The translations under genes were made by a program, and so were the position numbers. Below are positions 57,611 through 64,000 of a stretch of DNA of 64,000 bases, one piece after another. The stretch lies in the NCBI GenBank assembly GCA_002269645.1, contig NIVC01001023.1:124001-188000 (forward strand), written 5' to 3'. How positions within the stretch are numbered: the first letter of the stretch is position 1; every line of letters begins with the position of its first letter. This stretch comes from Macrostomum lignano. Taxonomy: Eukaryota. A model generated the notes under the pieces. The model saw nothing but the letters and a program-made list of their open reading frames with translations. It made no database searches and was not told the origin of the DNA.

Positions 57611-60600
57611 GTATGTTGCATGATAATAAAGAATAATATACCTTAATCAATGACATTGGCTTTAATAGGCCTATTTTACCTTTTATATTTTAAAAATTTC
57701 AAATGAATCAATTAGGCCTTATTAATAGGCTTTATAGTCCTTTTAATAATAGTATGGTCAGGTAATAATAATGTCATTCTTTTCAATAAGGTCTATTGAA
57801 TAAGGCAATTTTGCCTAGGTCTAAGATCTATTAAGGCCTAGGCTAGGCCCCCTAATTAATATAATTTAAGGAAAGCAAATTATAAAAAATAAGATAATAA
57901 TTTTGTTTAAAGGCTATAAGCTATGGAAACCCGCTGATTTTAAACCCAGGGAACTCCATTCCCTAGAATTTTTTTGTATATATTCTAAAATCTAAGGTGA
58001 AACTTAAACAAAAATGTGTTAATAGTTAGGATAAAGTTAAACATAAAATAGTGTACATTCCTGTAAAATGAGGAGTTGAAGCAAGCATTGATATTGTTAG
58101 CTGGGATGCTACGCAGAATATTAGGGTATTGGGTTACACCAAATTCGTCAACATCTAATTTGTCAACAGACCTAAAATGTGAGAAATTGGAAGAAGTCAA
58201 ATTCATCAACAGTTAAAACAAGCTGAGAGAATATGTCAACAAAATGAAGCAGAATTACTAAAAGTTGTTTTTGTATCCTAATAATGTAAATTTCTTTTAA
58301 ATTTAAAGATTTAGTATGTAAAAAGATAGTATATTTGGAAGATTGAAGAGCCTTTGTATATTAGAATATACAAACCCAACTTGAATGTGCAACTAGCTGG
58401 CAATGTATATACTGTATAAAATATTTCATTCCCTTCTTCTGACTCCTCTCTTTCCTTACTCCTCTCTTTTCTTCTCTCTTCTATACTCTCTCCCCTCTAT
58501 TCTCTTCTCTTATCTCTCTGCACTCTGCTTTCTCTTCCTTCATCTCTCATCTCTACTCTCTCATCTTTCCTTTCATCTCTCTCATCTCTACAATCTCATC
58601 TCTTTCCTCTTTCCTCTATTATATTATCACATAAAGCTCATAAAATAGAGTCCCTAATTATCTCACTTGCAATTGTTCTTCCCTATCCTAAGTTTGATTT
58701 TTTAAAGCTAGCTTCTTGGTATCTTGATTTTTACTTACCCCCTCCATTTTAAAGGCCAAACCCCAAGGCACAATGTAGTGCATATGCCCAACAATAAGTT
58801 AGGGTCACTGTACACTTCTGTGTGTGTATAGGTCTATGAGTGCTTCCTCAATGAGAGTTGGCGAAATAGGTCATAATGCTTCTTGTCAGTTGTGTGACAA
58901 TGTCAATTCAAATACACCAAGGTGCCCATAGCCCTCCTATCTCAAATCACCAACCCACCAAACCCCACAATCGCAGGAATGCATTAAGCCAGTCAGAGTT
59001 GACAAGAGCGTGGGTCGCACTGCCCGCATCCGCATTGGAGAGGACGGGCAGTACACGGGGGTCACTGAGGATGGCAAGGAATACCAGCTGCCGAAGGCTG
59101 AGATCACCCTGGCTGATTGTCTCGCCTGCAGTGGCTGCGTCACCTCAGCGGAGGCTGTGCTGGTTGAGCAGCAAAGCCACACAGCGTTGATGTCGGTTCT
59201 GCCTACCCTGCCAGCAGCTTCCAAAGCTCTGGTGGTGACCATCTCGCCTCAGTCCTGCTCAAGTCTGGCTGCCCGTCACCAAGTCAATGGCGGTTTCGCC
59301 GAATGCTTTCGTCGACTAGCCGCATTTTTTAAAGTCCGTCTCGGAGCCAGGACTGTGCTGAACAGCTCGTCTGCTAGGAGCTTGTGCCTGGCTGAGATGG
59401 CTGAGGAGTTCTGCGACAGGTGGCAGCGGCGGGGAGATGATGGTCTTGAGAAGCGCCGGCCAATGCTGGCCTCAGCGTGTCCCGGTTGGATCTGCTATGC
59501 TGAGAAGACTCACCCGGCACTGCTGCCTCTCGTGTCAAGGGTTCGCTCTCCGCAACAGGTTGGTCTTCTTTAGTCTTTAGTCTGGAGTCTGATAATGAAA
59601 GATATGTCCGCTTGTAATTTAGTGTGGCAAAGTATGGGATCAGCTGGATGTGTAGTGTGGGATGTGGGAATAGTATGTGGGACCTGGGAATGGAGTGTGG
59701 GATCTGATAATGGAGTTTGGAATCTGGGAATGGAGTGTGGGATCTGGGAATGCAGTGTGGGATCTGTGAATGCTGTGTGTGATCTGGGAATGGAGTGTGG
59801 GATCTGAGAATGGAGTGTGGGATCTGGGAATGGAGTGTGGGATCTGGGAATGGAGTGTGGGATCTGGGAATGCAGTGTGGGAACTGGGAATGCTGTGTGT
59901 GATCTGGGAATGGAGTGTGGGATCTGAGAATGGAGTGTGGGATCTGGGAATGGAGTGTGGGATCTGGGAATGCAGTGTGGGAACTGGGAATGTAGTGTGG
60001 GATCTGGGAATGTAGTGTGGGATTTGAGAATGCAGTGTGGGATCTGGGAATGGAGTGTGGGATCTGGGAATGCAGTGTGGGAACTGGGAATGCAGTGTGG
60101 GAACTGGGAATGCAGTGTGGGATCAGAAAATGCAGTGTGGGATCTCTAGGTTTTGAGTTTGGGATCTGTGTGCTTGGAGTGCGGGATCTGTGGGTTTGGA
60201 GTGTGGGATGATCGGATCTGTGGGTTTGGAGTGTCGGATGATCGGATCTGTGGGTTTGGAGTGTGGGATCTTTGGATTTGCAGTGTGGGATCTGTGGATT
60301 TGGAGTTTGGGATCTCTGGGTTTGGAGTGTGGGATCTGTGGATTTGGAGTGTGGGATCTGTGGGTTTGGAGTGTGGGATCTGTTGATTTGGAGTGTGGGA
60401 TCCGTGGGTTTGGAGTGTGGGATCTGTTGATTTGGAGTGTGGGATGATGGGATCTCTTAGCGCAACCGCTCTCCACCCCATAGGTATCGGGCGCGCTGGT
60501 CAAGCGGTGGCTCCCGGCCAAATGGAAGCGAAGCGAGGAGGACGGGGACACCCAGGCCGTCTCGGTGTACCACCTCACTGTTATGCCCTGCTTCGACAAG

Positions 60601-63266
60601 AAGCTGGAGGCCAGCAGAGACGACTTCGCCGATGCTGATGGCGAGAGAGACGTTGACATGGTTCTCAGCACCTTGGAGATGGACTCGCTGCTCGAGGCTT
60701 ACGGGGTGGCCATTGGAGATGACTCAGACTCGCTGTGGGCCAGCGCGGGACAGGATTTGGATTTGGAGTGAGTGTGGGGTGTCAAGTGTGGGATCTCTAG
60801 TATGGGATCTAGATGGGATCTCTAGTATGGGATCTGGATGGGATCTCTAGTATGGGATCTGTGTTGTAGGATCTGGATGGAATATCTAGTATGAGATCTG
60901 GATGGGATCTCTAGTATGGGATCTAGATGGGATCTCTAGTATGGGATCTGGATGGGATCTCTAGTATGGGATCTGTGTTGTAGGATCTGGATGGAATATC
61001 TAGTATGAGATCTGGATGGGATCTCTAGTATGGGATCTAGATGGGATCTCTAGTATGGGATCTGGATGGGATCTCTAGTATGGGATCTGGATGGAATCTC
61101 TAGTATGGGATCTGGATGGGGTCTCATGTCTTGGGCGTTGGATCTAGGTTTGGAACATCTATGTTGGTTTGATAGTATTGATACGTATACTTGGTGTAAC
61201 TTAAAAATAGATTAAATATTTTCATACTGCTAGTGTCAGTAGGCTAATATGTCACATTTGCAGCTAGCTATGAATTCCAAATATTCTCCACCTTGTAGAG
61301 TTTGCATTTGAGCAGACTGATTCCCTGCTGACTGACTGTCAAAGAGGCGCCTCATTAATTTAATTATCAGTTATTGACTCGGCATTGCTAATGAGGAAAA
61401 TTGAACATGAAATCTGAGTGTGTCTTACTTTGAGCACTAGTTAACTTCATATTTGAACTGCTCATTAGCGGCTAAATTCTAGGCATTTCGAGCTCGGCTG
61501 TTTTTGAAGCCGAATATCATTTTTTGGAAAGTCGATTTTTCCTGTCCACTGTGCTCCCTAACCGAAGGTGCTAATTTCATGATTTTTTATTTTTAGACAT
61601 CTTTGTTTTTGTCTAGGTTTTAAGTAATGTTAGTTCATCATAAGAATTTATGAAATTGTATTTTTTATGACGCACCTGTTGTAGATTGCACAGGAGACAA
61701 CATTTATTTTTATGTAAATGGGGCGTTGTCCATATGGTGTGTACATTTAGGGGTTGTTGGCTAGGTGTACATTGACGACTGGTCAATTAGTAGGAGGCTT
61801 GGTCAGGTAGGGTGTACATTGATGGCTGGCTAATTAGGGGGGTTGGTTGGCCAGGTAGGGTCTATATTGACGGCTGGCTAATTAGGGGAAGGGTTGTCCA
61901 GGTAGGGTGTGCATTGACGGCTGGGTAATTAGGGGGAAGATTGGCTGGCTAACTAGGTGGAGGTTTGGTTGGCTAATTAGGGGGAGGGTTGTCCAGGTAG
62001 GGTGTGCATTGACTGGGCTGGGTAATTAGGGGGGAAGGGGTTGGCAGGTATTGTGTACATTCTGGGCAGATTAATTACTGATTTTTTTCAAATTTTCAAA
62101 TATCAACTTTGCAGTTTCGGCGACCCCCTGATCAGCCACGATGGCGGCGGCTCTGGTGGTTACCTGGACTGCGTCCTGAGGTTGTCCAGTCAGCGACTAC
62201 TTGGGACCCAGCCTGAACTGCCGTTGAAGCTCACTTCGCTCAGGTAAGAATTTTATGTACCTGTTTTTTTCGGGTGAGCTTTCACATTAGATTCTCAGTT
62301 TCTGTATAATCTCAGGGAAGATTCCCAGTTTCTGTATAATCTCAGGGGAGATTCCCAGTTTCTGTATAATCTCAGGGGAGATTCCCAGTTTCTGTATAAT
62401 CTCAGGTGAGATTCTTAGTTTCTGTATAATCTCAGGTGAGATTCCTAGTTTCTGGTAATCTCAGGGGAGATTCCCAGTTTCTAAAAAGTGCCTGCAAAAT
62501 GTTTTCATTGTTTTTTCTGCTTTCAGGAACAAGGACATCCAGGAAATTGAGGTCACCAGCCCATCTGATCCTGACAAGAAGTTGCGCTTTGCCCTGGCCT
62601 ATGGATTTCGTAACATCCAAAATATTGTGCAACAGATTAAACGGAAGAAGTGCAAATACGATTTCCTGGAAATTATGGCCTGTCCGTCAGGTAGGAGGCC
62701 GATTGACGGGTTTAAAACGTTGGTTCACTCGCACCCAAACCTAAACCCATCTACTAAACACATTCTGAACCACCCATACCCATCCTGAACTACCCGAACC
62801 CATCCTGAACTACCCAAACCCATTCTGAACTACCCAAACCCATTCTGAACTACCCAAACCCATCCTGAACTACCCGAACCCATCCTGAACTACCCAAACC
62901 CATTCTGAACTACCCAAACCCATTCTGAACTTCCCAAACCCATCCTGAACTACCCAAACCCATTCTGAACTTCCCAAACCCATCCTGAACTACCCGAACC
63001 CACTCCAATCTGCCGCAGGCTGCCTGAACGGAGGCGGTCAGTTGCGTCCTACCGATCCGGAGGCCTCCAGCCCAGCCGAGCTGCTGCAGGCGGTGTCCGC
63101 TGTGTACAGCTCCCTACCTTCCATCGCGAACCCCCTGTCTGAGCCGGAGCCGCTGATGTCAGCCTGGCAGCAGTGGACGCCGGAGCAGCGGGCCGAATTT
63201 CTGCACACCGAGTATCACGAAGTGGAGCGAGTTGAAATCATCAACCCTATGGCTATTAAATGGTGA
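57545..63266 (+). CDS. CIAO3: Cytosolic iron-sulfur assembly component 3 (NARFL/IOP1/Nar1), ~490 aa, 6 exons
   Basis: join(57545-57610, 58977-59558, 60484-60767, 62115-62243, 62527-62690, 63019-63266) with consistent phases. Motifs LTDLNDFITPSQECIKP, DCLACSGCVTSAE, SACPGW, MPCFDKKLEA, GGGSGGY, YGFRNIQN, MACPSGCLNGGGQ and C-terminal IKW. Confidence 0.95.
58750..58932 (+). mobile_element. Old, diverged SINE family A fragment in CIAO3 intron 1
   Basis: aaggccaaaccccaaggcac..aagttagggtcactgtacacttctgtgtgtg..gttgtgtgacaatgtc..ccaaggtgccca aligns by eye to the family A body. Confidence 0.65.
58977..59558 (+). CDS. CIAO3: CIAO3 exon 2
   Basis: ECIKPV...DCLACSGC...SACPGW...SPQQ|GTTGGT. Confidence 0.93.
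59650..60450. repeat. 20-22-bp G-rich minisatellites (gtgtgggatctgggaatgga / gtgtgggatctgtgggtttgga)
   Basis: Two consecutive arrays filling CIAO3 intron 2. Confidence 0.9.
60484..60767 (+). CDS. CIAO3: CIAO3 exon 3
   Basis: VSGALVK...YHLTVMPCFDKKLEASR; donor GA|GTGAGT. Confidence 0.92.
60790..61125. repeat. 25-bp minisatellite (tatgggatctggatgggatctctag)
   Basis: Tandem units after the donor of CIAO3 exon 3. Confidence 0.88.
62115..62243 (+). CDS. CIAO3: CIAO3 exon 4
   Basis: HDGGGSGGYL; donor AG|GTAAGA. Confidence 0.9.
62300..62480. repeat. 30-bp minisatellite (tcccagtttctgtataatctcaggggagat)
   Basis: About 6 copies in CIAO3 intron 4. Confidence 0.88.
62527..62690 (+). CDS. CIAO3: CIAO3 exon 5
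   Basis: NKDIQE...AYGFRNIQN...EIMACPS. Confidence 0.92.
62760..63005. repeat. 20-bp minisatellite (ccatcctgaactacccaaac)
   Basis: About 12 copies in CIAO3 intron 5. Confidence 0.9.
63019..63266 (+). CDS. CIAO3: CIAO3 exon 6
   Basis: CLNGGGQ...LHTEYH...AIKW*. Confidence 0.92.
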
Positions 63267-63609
63267 TGAGCAATGGACAACATGTGGGCCGTGACTGTTT
63301 GAAGGCTTGAATTTGCTAATGCTGATTTCATTTTTTCAAACTTTTATTAATCTTTTTTATTGGAAGTCTTTCGTTCGCCTGATTAACGTTTTGCTTCCTT
63401 AGTAAATTGGCCATTCATATTGATTCTGTAGGTTGGCATTATGAATATATGATTATGATTATATTATGTATTATACTTCTTCACTGGCATTGATTCGATT
63501 TTGTCCCTGTTTTGATCCTTTGTCGCAGAACAACATGCGAGTTTTGAAATTTGGCTTTTTTATTCAATTTGAAGTCTGCTTTTTTTGGAGATGGGTTGGT
63601 ATTTCATCG

Positions 63610-63889
63610 ACTGTCTTTGCCTGTGTGCTTGTCTGTGTCTGACTGCCTGTGTGTCTGTCTGTCTGTCTGTCTGTCTGTCTGCCTGTCTGCCTGTCTGTCT
63701 GTTTGTCTGTCTGTCTGTCTTTCTGTCTGTCTGTCTGTCTGTCTGTCTTCTTGTCTGTCTGACTGTCTGTGTCTGTCTGTCTGTCTGTCTGACTGACTGT
63801 TTGTCTTTCAGTCTGTCTGACTGTCTGTCTGTCTGTCTGTCTTCTGACTGCGTGTCTTACTGTCAATCTGTCTGTCTGTCTGTCTGTCG

Positions 63890-63947
<58 letters not shown>

Positions 63948-64000
63948 GTCTTTCTGTCTGTCTGTCCGTCTGTCTGTGTCTGTCTGTCTGTCTGCCTGTC
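63610..64000. repeat. (TGTC)n compound microsatellite
   Basis: Runs to the window end. Confidence 0.93.

Overview
Eukaryotic (metazoan) genomic DNA with GT-AG introns packed with micro- and minisatellites. The style (GC/Ala/Ser-rich exons, introns made almost entirely of tandem arrays) resembles the flatworm Macrostomum, but this is an inference only. Three multi-exon genes could be assembled by hand with consistent splice phases. (1) A 9-exon minus-strand gene (24171-41588, ~1180 aa) for a secreted protein with a signal peptide, a PAN/apple-like Cys module and about eight very divergent C-type-lectin-like domains. (2) PCF11 (minus, 5 exons, 50180-56939, ~1064 aa) with an unusual His/Asp octapeptide-repeat tail. 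(3) CIAO3/NARFL (plus, 6 exons, 57545-63266, ~490 aa), head-to-head with PCF11. A young, intact 4.7-kb Ty3/Gypsy LTR retrotransposon (identical LTRs, single gag-pol ORF, AHDD instead of YxDD) sits inside a 35-bp minisatellite. There are several copies of one tRNA-derived SINE family (one full-length with a 15-bp TSD), a second SINE, an orphan ORF and about 25 tandem arrays. The most notable unexplained structure is recurrent pairs of oppositely oriented arrays around short cores; one pair brackets an in-frame two-exon cassette of the lectin gene. Some intronic arrays have units that look like splice signals. All coordinates were read by eye; array boundaries and copy numbers are approximate.
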